59,861 nt of DNA from Candidatus Giovannonibacteria bacterium (GCA_030699445.1 JAUYMO010000023.1:1-59861); one strand, 5' to 3'; positions 9,038 to 17,986 are shown, counted from the stretch's first letter. Notes: generated by a model not told the origin, from the letters alone. Made by a program: numbers and translations.

Positions 9038-9915
9038 AACAAACGTGGGCGAGATTTTTCACGGCGTAAAAAGCGCCTCAATTTTATTTTTGCCCTTTCT
9101 TCCAACTGCCTGACCCGCTCGCGCGTTATGCCAAAACATTTTCCAATTTCTTCTAAAGTATAATCGCGGGCATATCCGATTCCGGAGCGCATTTTTAAAA
9201 TAATCGCGTCGCGCAAAGGCTTCAGCCCATCCAACCCGCGATTCATCAATTCCCGCACCTGATTTTCTTCCGCTAAAAATCCCGGCGAAGGCACCGTTTC
9301 GTCCGCAATAAAATCGCCGACTTCAGAGGCTTCATCGTCTCCAACTTGGGTATTTAAGCTGATCGGGTCTCTCACAGTGGCCAACGTATCAACAACCGTT
9401 TCCACCGGCAGTTGGAGTTTTTCAGCAAGCTCTTCCATTGTCGGCTTGCGCCCATATTGTTGGGCCAATGCGCCGAAAGCGCGATAAATTCTCTTAATTT
9501 TTTCAGTTTGGCCCACAGGAACTCTAATGGCGCACCCTTGGCCAATCAAAGCCCGCGCAATCCATGCTCTTATCCACGGACCGGCGTAGGTACTAAGCTT
9601 AATATCCAGCTTGTAATTGAATTTATCAACGGCTCTCATCAGCCCAAAATTGCCTTCAGATATTAAATCGGAAAAATCCATTGAAGGCTTTCTCGGATAA
9701 TGTTTAGCGATGTTAACCACCAAGCGCAGATTGGCTTTTATTATACTGCCGCGGATTTTAGCGGCTAGAGCAGAATTATCTTTCGCTTTTTTCAGCTCTG
9801 CAAACGCGGCTGCCTCTTCTTCTCTGCTTAAAAGAGGCGTCTGCCCGATTTCACGCAAATAAATATCAAGTGGGTCAATTTTTCGCTTTTTCATTTTTAC
9901 AGCGCCTCCTTTCAT
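9034..9915 (-). CDS. RNA polymerase sigma-70 family factor
   Basis: Region 2 (LISEGNFGLMRAVDKFNY) and region 4 HTH (YTLEEIGKCFGITRERVRQLEERA). Its 3' end overlaps alr by 4 nt, convergent. Confidence 0.85.
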   Translation of the reverse strand: MKGGAVKMKKRKIDPLDIYLREIGQTPLLSREEEAAAFAELKKAKDNSALAAKIRGSIIKANLRLVVNIAKHYPRKPSMDFSDLISEGNFGLMRAVDKFNYKLDIKLSTYAGPWIRAWIARALIGQGCAIRVPVGQTEKIKRIYRAFGALAQQYGRKPTMEELAEKLQLPVETVVDTLATVRDPISLNTQVGDDEASEVGDFIADETVPSPGFLAEENQVRELMNRGLDGLKPLRDAIILKMRSGIGYARDYTLEEIGKCFGITRERVRQLEERAKIKLRRFLRREKSRPRLF

Positions 9916-10012
9916 ATAAAGATCGCTAAAAATAGTCTAGCCTTTTTGCCAAAATTGGTCAATTCTGCTAACATATTTTTACGCTTGGATTTTTAACAAT
10001 TTTAAATTACCT

Positions 10013-10084
10013 GCCTGGGTAGCTCAGTGGTAGAGCGCTTGCCTGAAGAGCAAGGCGTCGGCAGTTCGATTCTGCCCCCAGGCA
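10013..10084 (+). tRNA. tRNA-Phe (anticodon GAA)
   Basis: Acceptor GCCTGGG / CCCAGGC, anticodon loop CTGAAGA, T-loop TTCGATT. No encoded CCA. Confidence 0.9.
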
Positions 10085-10135
10085 AAAAAAGTCGGCTGGC
10101 TTGACCACCATAATTTAAAGAGATAAGCTTAAAAT

Positions 10136-10396
10136 ATGCCCAAAGAAATAACTATTGATGATTTGGCGCGAATGGTGCAAGGAGGATTCAAGGAGGTTAA
10201 CGGTAAATTTAATGATGCGAATAAGCACCTCGTTCATATAGATGGAAGGCTGGATCATCTAGATGCCCGCATGGGTAGAATGGAAACAGATTTAGCAGAG
10301 ATAAAGGGTGAAATAGTTTATAAGTATGAATTTGAAGATTTATCAAGCCGGGTTAAATACCTTGAAACCAAGCTTGGCGTTGAAAGCGGAAAATAA
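10136..10396 (+). CDS. hypothetical coiled-coil protein (86 aa)
   Basis: Heptad-like sequence (LDHLDARMGRMETDLAEIKGE). No family recognised. Confidence 0.5.
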   Translation: MPKEITIDDLARMVQGGFKEVNGKFNDANKHLVHIDGRLDHLDARMGRMETDLAEIKGEIVYKYEFEDLSSRVKYLETKLGVESGK

Positions 10397-10611
10397 AAGC
10401 ATCGGCTCGCCTGCCCGCCTCCGGAGGGAACCATATTTTAGGAAAAGAAAATTTTTTAATCATGAAATTAAGAAACGAGAAACACCAGAGATGGTAATTT
10501 TTTGTCGCGCTTGACTTTCAACGCCAGACATGCTATTTTTACAACAGTACAAAAATTGAGTCACGGTGGCTCAATAATATGTTTTCAAACCAAAGAAAAG
10601 GGGGTGGTTAG

Positions 10612-10848
10612 ATGTATTACAAACTTGGAGACCAACGTGAGAAGGTACGTGAAGCATTTCCGCGAAAAATGCCTGAGTCGAGAAGTGGCAAAATAAATGT
10701 TGCCGCTGAGATTGTCTCGGAGTTCGCGCGACCCTGTGGTTCCTCGGATATCCATGTTTTCTATGTTGCGGCAGGGGTCATCATCTGCGAATCTAAAAAC
10801 GCAGATGATTTCATCAGGAAGTTCGACAAATTTACTCAATCACTTTGA
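10612..10848 (+). CDS. hypothetical protein (78 aa), orphan
   Basis: A TTGACT-17-TATTTT promoter starts at 10512, with an aaggggg SD and a terminator downstream. Confidence 0.45.
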   Translation: MYYKLGDQREKVREAFPRKMPESRSGKINVAAEIVSEFARPCGSSDIHVFYVAAGVIICESKNADDFIRKFDKFTQSL

Positions 10849-10868
10849 TTTTCTGCAACTCGAACCCA

Positions 10869-10908
10869 AGCCCTTTGCGAAGTATATTTTCGCTTAGGGC
10901 TCTTTTTT
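10869..10908 (+). terminator. rho-independent terminator
   Basis: AGCCCT..GCGAA-loop-TTCGC..AGGGCT followed by TTTTTT. Confidence 0.6.
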
Positions 10909-11072
10909 ATAAAATCATTGTTATATTTCTAAAAATCAATTATTCTTTAGATATTTACTCCGTAAGTTCTGAATTTATGCCACTAAATCCGCATGCCGGT
11001 AGGATCGCCGCTGAAGGCCGCGAAATGGGTTAGAACTATTTTTAAAATAGTGCACAAAAAAATAAAATATAC

Positions 11073-11144
11073 GCGCGCTTAGCTCAGTGGTAGAGCGACC
11101 CGTTTACACCGGGTAGGTCCGGGGTTCGATCCCTCGAGCGCGCA
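11073..11144 (+). tRNA. tRNA-Val (anticodon TAC)
   Basis: Acceptor GCGCGCT / AGCGCGC, anticodon loop TTTACAC, T-loop TTCGATC. No encoded CCA. Confidence 0.9.
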
Positions 11145-11185
11145 TAAAACTTGCTTTTTACGCCGGTTCGCGCTAGGATTAAAAT

Positions 11186-11428
11186 ATGAGAAGCAAAAAA
11201 GACCGCGAACTGGAGCTCAACCAAAACACGATAACTCTCGCGAATTTTATGGAATCTTACAACAAGAGCGTTCCTTTGGATTTTCCGAAAGTGTCGGCGA
11301 AAATATTGAAAGAATTTCAGGTATTGCATCCGGCGCTTTTTAAGCGCGGCGACGAATGGTCAATAGACAAGCACAGAAAAAAGCTGATGGATTGGCTCCC
11401 CTCCTACGCCGATTCCAAAATTTCTTAA
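11186..11428 (+). CDS. hypothetical protein (80 aa)
   Basis: ORF only. No motif recognised. Confidence 0.4.
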   Translation: MRSKKDRELELNQNTITLANFMESYNKSVPLDFPKVSAKILKEFQVLHPALFKRGDEWSIDKHRKKLMDWLPSYADSKIS

Positions 11429-11437
11429 ATTTAATTT

Positions 11438-13009
11438 TTACAAAATCTTCGGCAGTAAATTGACGCCGGTCATTTCTGCGGGCTGGCGGAGCGCCATTAA
11501 AGATAAAACCGTGGGCGCGATGTCGGTAAGCACGCCTTTGACCTCCATATAGCGCGAAAAAATTTCGCCGTCGGGACGCGGTGTTTGGTTTTTTAAATCC
11601 GCATCCACGACAAAAAACGGCACAGGGTTTGCCGTGTGCTTGGTGCGCTTCTCGCCCGAAGCCGAATAAACTTTTTCTTCGGCATTGCCGTGATCGGAGG
11701 TAATAATCGTAGCACCCCCCGCTTCTAAAATTTTTGAAATAATTTTTCCGACTGAAAAATCCAGCGCTTCAACGGCTTTCACCGTGGCGTCAAAATTCCC
11801 GGTGTGCCCCACCATGTCGCCGTTGGAAAAATTCACCAGAATAAAATCATATTTGCTCCAGTTTTCCAAAACCGTATCCGTGATTTTGGCAGCCGACATC
11901 TCTGGAGTCTGGTCAAAGCGGGCGGCTTTTGGAGAAGGAATCAAAATGCGCTCCTCGCCCGGATAAGGCGTTTCTTTTCCGCCGTTGAAAAAATATGTGA
12001 CGTGCGCGTATTTTTCTGTCTCGGCGATGTGCAGCTGTTTCAATCCCGCTTCGGAAATTATCCGCGCCAAGGGCCAAGAAACATCCATCGGCGGGAAAGC
12101 CACCTCCGCGGGAAAGCGCTTGTCGTACTCCGTCATTGTCACAAAAAAAAGATTATTTATTTTTTCCCGAGAAAATCCGGAAAAATTATTTAAAACAAAA
12201 GCGGAGGTCAGCTCACGCTCCGAGTCCTCCCTGTAATTGTAAAAAATCACCGCGTCCCCCGCTTCAATCCGGCCTTCTTTGTGGCCCAAAGACGCCGGCG
12301 GAATCAGCTCGTCCGTGATATTTTTTCCGTAAGACGCCTCAACATAATCAGGGGCGTTTTTAAAAATTTCGCCTTCGCCTAAAGTCAGGCATTTGTAAAA
12401 TTTTTCAATCCTGTCCCAATTTTCGTCCCTGTCTAAAGCAAAATATCTGCCGGTTACGGTCGCGATTTTTGCAAACGGATATCTGGCCGCGAGCCGTTCC
12501 TCCAGTTGTTTTAAAAATAAACCGGCTTCTTTTGTCGGGGCGTCTTTGCCGTCTGTAAAAAGATGGAGAAAAACCCGTTCCAATTTTTGCTGCGAGCAAA
12601 AATCCAAAAGCGCGTAAAGGTGGTCAATATAAGCGTGCACCGAACCAGAAGAAAGAAGGCCCATGATATGGAATTTGCCTCCGCCTTTTTTCGCGAAATC
12701 GGAAGCGTCCAAAAAAGCCCGGTTTTGAAAAAATGAGCCGTTGTGAATTGAGGTAATGATTCTCGGCAGATGATGATAAAGCGGTTTGCCCGCGCCGATG
12801 GTAAGATGCCCCACTTCGGAGTTGCCCTCTTCGCCCCACGGCAAACCAACGGCGACTCCGGATGCTTGGAGAGTCGTGAACGGAAAAAATTTTTCCAAAT
12901 CGCGGAAAGCCGGCATCTGGGCGTGCTTCCAGGTAGATTCCGGATTTCCAATATTTACCCCGAACCCGTCCAGCACCGCCAAAACAACTGGCTTATATTT
13001 CTTGGCCAT
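11438..13009 (-). CDS. gpmI: 2,3-bisphosphoglycerate-independent phosphoglycerate mutase
   Basis: VLDGFG, NSEVGHLTIGAG, FTDGKDAP and SDHGNAE motifs, in a 523-aa protein. Confidence 0.9.
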   Translation of the reverse strand: MAKKYKPVVLAVLDGFGVNIGNPESTWKHAQMPAFRDLEKFFPFTTLQASGVAVGLPWGEEGNSEVGHLTIGAGKPLYHHLPRIITSIHNGSFFQNRAFLDASDFAKKGGGKFHIMGLLSSGSVHAYIDHLYALLDFCSQQKLERVFLHLFTDGKDAPTKEAGLFLKQLEERLAARYPFAKIATVTGRYFALDRDENWDRIEKFYKCLTLGEGEIFKNAPDYVEASYGKNITDELIPPASLGHKEGRIEAGDAVIFYNYREDSERELTSAFVLNNFSGFSREKINNLFFVTMTEYDKRFPAEVAFPPMDVSWPLARIISEAGLKQLHIAETEKYAHVTYFFNGGKETPYPGEERILIPSPKAARFDQTPEMSAAKITDTVLENWSKYDFILVNFSNGDMVGHTGNFDATVKAVEALDFSVGKIISKILEAGGATIITSDHGNAEEKVYSASGEKRTKHTANPVPFFVVDADLKNQTPRPDGEIFSRYMEVKGVLTDIAPTVLSLMALRQPAEMTGVNLLPKIL

Positions 13010-13040
13010 AATATCCTCATTGTACCACTAAACCCAAAAT

Positions 13041-13062
13041 GTCAGAAGTTCAAGTTTTGACA
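13041..13062 (+). repeat. hairpin GTCAGAAGTTCAAGTTTTGACA, copy A (31 nt upstream of the RAYT-like gene)
   Basis: 7-bp stem GTCAGAA / TTTTGAC. Identical to 13261-13282. It contains TTGACA. Confidence 0.7.
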
Positions 13063-13092
13063 AAATATGGCGTTATAAGCTATTTTTAAAAC

Positions 13093-13764
13093 ATGCCTAG
13101 AGTTAAATTTGGTGAGGGCGAATATTATCATATTTTTAATAGAGGCGTAGACAAGCGCCAAATTTTTTCAAACGACGCTGATAGATGGCGTTTTCTTACG
13201 CTGTTATGTGTTTTGCAGGGAGAAAATTCTTTTCCGCAAATCGGCCGCATAGTGCCTTTTGTCAGAAGTTCAAGTTTTGACAATGAGATGTTCGACGGGA
13301 CTATAAAGACAAAATATGTGGAATTGGTAAGTTTTTGCCTAATGCCAAACCATTTTCATTTGAAAATACGTGAACTTAAAGAAGGTGGCGTCTCTAAATT
13401 TATGCAGCGTTTGCTGGGCGCTTATACCAAATACTTTAATATGCGCCATGGCCGCACAGGGCATTTATTCGGCAGCAGATTCCACGCGGTTCATATAGAC
13501 AGCAATAAATATTTAAATTATCTTTCTGCTTACATTCACTTAAATCCCCGCGAATTAAAAGAGTGGCGCGGCAAAGAAATAAAATATCCATGGTCCAGTT
13601 TTCAGGATTTTACTTTTAAGAATCGTTGGAACGCTTTTTTAAATACCTCAATTATTCTAGATCAGTTTGCCACAAGATCAGAATACAAAAAATTCGTAGA
13701 AGATACCCCCATTAAGGAGTTGCGCGAAAATTTACCGGAAGAATATCAGAAGTTCGAGTTTTGA
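13093..13764 (+). CDS. IS200/RAYT-like HUH Y1 transposase family protein (paralog 1)
   Basis: YHIFNRG, an HUH motif (PNHFHL), and YLSAYIHLNP (catalytic Tyr region), as in COG1943/RayT-type proteins. Confidence 0.75.
   Translation: MPRVKFGEGEYYHIFNRGVDKRQIFSNDADRWRFLTLLCVLQGENSFPQIGRIVPFVRSSSFDNEMFDGTIKTKYVELVSFCLMPNHFHLKIRELKEGGVSKFMQRLLGAYTKYFNMRHGRTGHLFGSRFHAVHIDSNKYLNYLSAYIHLNPRELKEWRGKEIKYPWSSFQDFTFKNRWNAFLNTSIILDQFATRSEYKKFVEDTPIKELRENLPEEYQKFEF
13261..13282 (+). repeat. same hairpin, copy B (inside the ORF, near codon 57)
   Basis: Exact 22-mer repeat of 13041-13062. It is translated as FVRSSSFD. Confidence 0.7.
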
Positions 13765-13766
13765 CA
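13746..13766 (+). repeat. same hairpin, copy C (overlaps the stop codon)
   Basis: TCAGAAGTTCGAGTTTTGACA, with 1 mismatch. It covers the TGA at 13762-13764. Confidence 0.65.
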
Positions 13767-13930
13767 GATTTGTGGAAACCGCCATTTGTGCTTGCACATT
13801 ACCCCGCTAACTTGACACGTATTTTTAATTATGCTACATTAATAGCGGGTTCAGAATGAGTCAAAAACCGAATCGGGAGAAAAATTTAAAAGCATTTCTT
13901 CCGTGTTCTTTTAAAAGAAAGGTGGGAGCA

Positions 13931-14185
13931 ATGATTCAATATGGACAAGCGCACACCAGTAAGGATAGGAGGACAAAAAAGACCTATGCCTCACATTCTG
14001 ATTGGTTAGTGAGGGTTCTGGATGAAAGAGAGTTTTCACACCATACTAGCGGGTACAAAATAGCCACAGTAGAAGGAAAAGTGGCTGTCATTTACCTAGA
14101 CGGCCAAGTGGTGCGTCTCTTCCTAGACGAATTTCGTAATAAGAAAGAGTTCCGCGCCCACATCCGCCTAATATTAAGTGCATGA
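13931..14185 (+). CDS. hypothetical protein (84 aa from the ATG at 13931; the ORF is open from 13856)
   Basis: A ggtggga SD sits 5 nt before 13931. A TTGACA-17-TACATT promoter starts at 13812. No family recognised. Confidence 0.4.
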   Translation: MIQYGQAHTSKDRRTKKTYASHSDWLVRVLDEREFSHHTSGYKIATVEGKVAVIYLDGQVVRLFLDEFRNKKEFRAHIRLILSA

Positions 14186-14196
14186 TTTAAAGTCGT

Positions 14197-14247
14197 GCCC
14201 TGCCGAATCAATCGAGCTTAGCTCGGTCAATCGCGCGGGGCTTTTTT
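14197..14247 (+). terminator. long imperfect hairpin followed by a T-run
   Basis: GCCCTGCCGAATCAATCGAGC-TTA-GCTCGGTCAATCGCGCGGGGC followed by TTTTTT. Confidence 0.55.
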
Positions 14248-14281
14248 ATTTATGTAAATATGCCCAATTCTCTTTACGCGG

Positions 14282-14310
14282 TTGACTTCTGAAACCGGGT
14301 TTGCTAGAAT
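14282..14310 (+). promoter_or_regulatory. sigma-70-type promoter for rny
   Basis: TTGACT, a 17-nt spacer, then TAGAAT. Confidence 0.55.
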
Positions 14311-14362
14311 TGGATTATAATTTTATTAACAATGCTTTTTAAGACAGAACAAAAACAGATAT

Positions 14363-15889
14363 ATGGATATACTTACGCTTGTAAAAGCGGCTATTGCGCT
14401 TGTCGCGGGAGCGGCAGCCGGTTACTTTCTGCGTCAAATCATCGCCCAGCAAAGGAAGGACACGCTGGAGCTTAAGGCCAAGCAAATATTACTAGACGCG
14501 AAAGAATCCGCCCAAAAAACACTGGACGAAGCCAAGTCGCGCGCCGAAAAAATCTTGGAAGAGGCCAAGCGCGAACAAAAAGAACAGGAAAAAGAACTCC
14601 GAAAAATTGAGGAAAGATTGGCGCACAAAGACGAGGTTTTGGAAAAAAAATCCGCGGAGCTGGATAAAGAAACGCAAAACCTCCAGGAAAAAGTTGAAAA
14701 AGTGAAAGTAATGAAAGAACAGCTGGAAGCGATTGAAACCCAGAAGCGCGAGGAGCTGGCAAAAGTTGCCGGGCTTACAGAAGAAGAGGCCAAAACGAAA
14801 ATCATAGAAGAAGTTGAGAAAAAACACTCCAACGATATTTTGGCGCGCATCCAAAAAATAGAGCAGTTCGGTTTGGAAACTTTGGAAAGGAAAGCTCGGG
14901 ATATTCTGGCTTCGGTAATCCAGCGCGTCGCCTCATCCACCGCTTCCGAAGTCACGGTCACTTCTCTTACCATCCCTTCGGACGATATTAAAGGAAAAAT
15001 AATCGGAAAAGAAGGCAGAAACATCCGGGCATTTGAAAGAGCGGCGGGGGTTGAGTTGATTGTTGACGATACTCCCGGCGTAATTATTATTTCAAGTTTT
15101 GACCCGGTCAGGCGCCAGATCGCCAGAGTCGCTTTGGAAAATTTGATTTTGGACGGGCGGATACAGCCCGCGCGGATTGAGGAGATGGTTGAAAAAGCCA
15201 AAGTTGAAATTGAAAAAATCATCAAAGACGCCGGCGAAAAAGCGGCTTATGAAGTCGGGATTTTGGATGTTGACCCGAGGCTTTTGATGCTTGTCGGCAG
15301 GTTAAGGTTCAGGACTTCCTACGGCCAAAATGTTTTACAGCATTCGGTTGAAATGGCGCATATTTCCGGAATGTTGGCTTCGGAATTGAAAGCCGACGTC
15401 GGCATCGCCAAAAAAGGCGCGCTTTTGCACGACATCGGAAAAGCCGTTGACCACGAAATTCAGGGAACGCACGTTGAAATCGGCAGGAGAATTTTGCAGA
15501 AATTCAACGTGGACATCCGCGTAATCCAAGCAATGCAGTCGCACCATGAAGAATACCCTTACGACACTTTGGAATCAATTATTGTGCAGACGGCGGACGC
15601 GATTTCGGCATCCCGCCCGGGCGCACGCCGTGATAGCGTGGAAAATTATCTAAAACGATTGGAAGATTTGGAAAGAATCGCAAATACTTTTCCGGGCGTG
15701 GAAAAAACTTACGCAATCCAAGCGGGCAGAGAAATAAGAGTTTTCATAACGCCGGATAAAATTACGGATTTGGAAGCCAAAAAAATGGCGAGAGACATCG
15801 CCGACCGCATTGAGTCCGAATTAAAATATCCCGGAGAAATAAAAGTGAACGTAATCCGCGAACTCCGCGCGATTGAATACGCCAGGTAA
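14363..15889 (+). CDS. rny: ribonuclease Y
   Basis: N-terminal TM helix, long coiled coil, KH domain (IIGKEGRNIRAFE) and HD domain (LLHDIGKAVDHE). Confidence 0.92.
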   Translation: MDILTLVKAAIALVAGAAAGYFLRQIIAQQRKDTLELKAKQILLDAKESAQKTLDEAKSRAEKILEEAKREQKEQEKELRKIEERLAHKDEVLEKKSAELDKETQNLQEKVEKVKVMKEQLEAIETQKREELAKVAGLTEEEAKTKIIEEVEKKHSNDILARIQKIEQFGLETLERKARDILASVIQRVASSTASEVTVTSLTIPSDDIKGKIIGKEGRNIRAFERAAGVELIVDDTPGVIIISSFDPVRRQIARVALENLILDGRIQPARIEEMVEKAKVEIEKIIKDAGEKAAYEVGILDVDPRLLMLVGRLRFRTSYGQNVLQHSVEMAHISGMLASELKADVGIAKKGALLHDIGKAVDHEIQGTHVEIGRRILQKFNVDIRVIQAMQSHHEEYPYDTLESIIVQTADAISASRPGARRDSVENYLKRLEDLERIANTFPGVEKTYAIQAGREIRVFITPDKITDLEAKKMARDIADRIESELKYPGEIKVNVIRELRAIEYAR

Positions 15890-15901
15890 ACGTTTCACAG
15901 C

Positions 15902-16741
15902 ATGAAACTCTTAATCTTCGGGGACGTGTTCGGGAAACTGGGAAGGGCGGGAGTAAAAATTATGCTACCGAAATGGCGGGAGAAATTTTCGCCGGATGTT
16001 GTTATCGCGAACATTGAAAATATCGCGCACGGAAAAGGAATCGGCATAAAACAAATCAACGAGCTAAAAGAAGCTGGCGTAAATATTTTTACCGGAGGCA
16101 ATCATTCGCTTGAAGGAAAAGATTTTGAAAAAGTTTTAAACGATGAAACTGTTCCGGTTTTGCGCCCCGCGAATATTCCTGCCTCACCGGCAGGCGGGCC
16201 CAACGCGCCGGGCAGGGGAGCTTTGGTTTACGAAGTGAAAACAACCGGCAAGAAACTTCTTGTAATAAATCTAATCGGCCAAGTTTTCATGAGGTCTGAA
16301 TATGAAAATCCGTTTCTGGCGGCGGATAAAATTTTAGAAGAATACGGCAATGAAACTCCTTACAAAATTCTGGATTGGCACGCGGACGCCACTTCCGAAA
16401 AAACCGTGATGGGCTGGTATCTGGACGGAAAAGTTTCGGCGGTTTTCGGCACGCATTCGCATGTGCCAACGGCCGACGCAAAAATTTTGCCCAAAGGCAC
16501 GGCGTATATTTCGGACATCGGCATGGTGGGACCGTTAAATTCAGTAATCGGCGTGGAAATTGAGCCGTCTATTAAAAGATTCAAAGATAAAATAAAAACC
16601 AAAATGGACCCGATTGAAAATGGCCCGATTGAGGTAAACGCGATTTTTGTTGAGTTGGAAGATGATACTGCTCGCAGTGAGCTTTGTCGAACTGTGGATA
16701 TCAGGCATTTGCGCGAAATCATTCCGGCGGGTAAGATATGA
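15902..16741 (+). CDS. ymdB: YmdB-family metallophosphoesterase (TIGR00282-like)
   Basis: LIFGDVFG, NIENIAHGKGI, DWHADATSEK and GTHSHVPTAD motifs, plus the conserved rny-ymdB pairing. It carries a palindromic element at 16178-16200. Confidence 0.85.
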   Translation: MKLLIFGDVFGKLGRAGVKIMLPKWREKFSPDVVIANIENIAHGKGIGIKQINELKEAGVNIFTGGNHSLEGKDFEKVLNDETVPVLRPANIPASPAGGPNAPGRGALVYEVKTTGKKLLVINLIGQVFMRSEYENPFLAADKILEEYGNETPYKILDWHADATSEKTVMGWYLDGKVSAVFGTHSHVPTADAKILPKGTAYISDIGMVGPLNSVIGVEIEPSIKRFKDKIKTKMDPIENGPIEVNAIFVELEDDTARSELCRTVDIRHLREIIPAGKI

Positions 16742-17031
16742 CAATGAATAAAGCACAATTAGCGGAAAAATTGCATGACATGCATGCAAAACAAGGCATG
16801 GACACCACTAAGAAACACTCCGACGAAGTGGTGGATTTTGTTTTTGACAGCATTACCGAGGCGTTAAAGAAAGGCGAAGAGGTTTCCATCGCCGGATTCG
16901 GCGTCTTTGCCACCAAGCAAAGAAAAGCCCGCACCGCAAGAAACCCCAGAACGGGAGCAACGGTGCAGGTGCCGGCCACAACCGTCCCCCGCTTCCGCGC
17001 CGGAAAAGGTTTGAAAGAGGCCGTAAAATAA
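16738..17031 (+). CDS. hup: HU family DNA-binding protein
   Basis: MNKAQLAEKL..., GFGVFATKQRKARTARNPRTG, VPRFRAGK. ATGA overlap with the ymdB stop. Confidence 0.9.
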   Translation: MTMNKAQLAEKLHDMHAKQGMDTTKKHSDEVVDFVFDSITEALKKGEEVSIAGFGVFATKQRKARTARNPRTGATVQVPATTVPRFRAGKGLKEAVK

Positions 17032-17053
17032 AAAGAAATCTTTTTAATTAAAA

Positions 17054-17078
17054 AGCTCCGCGATTGCGGAGCTTTTTA
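17054..17078. terminator. bidirectional hairpin terminator
   Basis: AGCTCCGC-GATT-GCGGAGCT, flanked by an A-run and a T-run. Confidence 0.7.
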
Positions 17079-17084
17079 ATTTTT

Positions 17085-17155
17085 TGCGGGATACCGGAAT
17101 CGAACCGGTGCCAAGAGTTTGGAAAACTCCTATTCTGCCATTAAACTAATCCCGC
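17085..17155 (-). tRNA. tRNA-Gly (anticodon TCC)
   Basis: The reverse complement folds: acceptor GCGGGAT / ATCCCGC, anticodon loop TTTCCAA, T-loop TTCGATT. No encoded CCA. Confidence 0.88.
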
Positions 17156-17203
17156 CTACGCCGGGCTTCGGCGGGCAAGCCCGCCAACTTTTTTGATTCT
17201 ATA

Positions 17204-17986
17204 TTATTTTCCCAAAAAGTAAATAAGGATATCTATAACAATCAGAACAATTATAATTACTTCCAAAAAGTTCGCGCGCTGGCTTTGAAGCGCGGTGAGC
17301 GCGAATTCCGAATTGCTCCGAGCGAATCCGATTTTATATTCAATATTGCGAAAGCGCGGGCGCAAATCAAAAATATCCGCGAGCTGCGAAAAAAGTGTCT
17401 CCAGCCGCTCATTCCCCCAGGTAACGTCTGGCTTGTCCAAAAGCGAAAGCTTGGTTATGACAAATTGGATAATGTTGTTGTTCTGCGCGACAAGCTGAAG
17501 TATTTCTTTTGTGTTTTTTGAAAATCTCCCCTTTTCCAAACCAACATTCATTGACTCAAGATTTGCCAAAATGCCATCCGTGATGTCTTCAATATATTCC
17601 AACGCGACGGACTGCGCCAAAATTCTTGCGGCGATTTCAACCTCGCCGATTCCCACCACCGGCAAATCAGCGGACTCTTCCATCACATTGAATTTGTGTT
17701 CGGTTTCGCGCAAAACATAATTGTCGTCGTATCCCGGCTTGGCGGGGCTCGTTAAAAATTTATTCAAAGATTTTTTAATGGAGAACTGCGTGTCCTTGGC
17801 GATATTGGCGAAAACAACCGCGCCGAAAGAAAAAATAAACAAAAATTCGCGCGGGCCCAAAAGATACGTCAAAAATTCGCGCCGGCGCCCGATTAAATTT
17901 TTGTCCAATTTATCCGCGGCTTTCGCCAAATTTATTTCTTTCGCCAGATAAATCGCCTCCAGATTGTATTCTTTATAATCCTGCAT
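17204..17986 (-). CDS. RMD1/DUF155 family protein
   Basis: Length, the FGAVVFANI core and a C-terminal TM helix resemble DUF155 proteins. Judged by eye only. Confidence 0.55.
   Translation of the reverse strand: MQDYKEYNLEAIYLAKEINLAKAADKLDKNLIGRRREFLTYLLGPREFLFIFSFGAVVFANIAKDTQFSIKKSLNKFLTSPAKPGYDDNYVLRETEHKFNVMEESADLPVVGIGEVEIAARILAQSVALEYIEDITDGILANLESMNVGLEKGRFSKNTKEILQLVAQNNNIIQFVITKLSLLDKPDVTWGNERLETLFSQLADIFDLRPRFRNIEYKIGFARSNSEFALTALQSQRANFLEVIIIVLIVIDILIYFLGK

Noticed and set aside
10985-11030. GC-rich patch (ccgcatgccggtaggatcgccgctgaaggccgcgaaatgggtt) upstream of tRNA-Val(TAC), considered as a tRNA fragment or att remnant
   Set aside because: I could not fold it into a tRNA half or match it to the 3' end of tRNA-Phe or tRNA-Val, or to any other sequence in the window.
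11084-11329. 81-aa minus-strand ORF overlapping tRNA-Val(TAC); likewise 24135-24320 overlapping tRNA-Arg and 18169-18378 overlapping tRNA-Pro
   Set aside because: Each runs through a well-folding tRNA gene and lacks an SD or promoter. They are artefacts of stop-codon-poor GC-rich tRNA sequence.
14434-15225. 263-aa minus-strand ORF, and other antisense ORFs, inside rny
   Set aside because: It lies fully antisense to a confidently identified RNase Y gene. Its sequence is low-complexity and Ser/Phe-rich, produced by the Glu/Lys-rich coiled-coil codons on the other strand. It has no SD or promoter.
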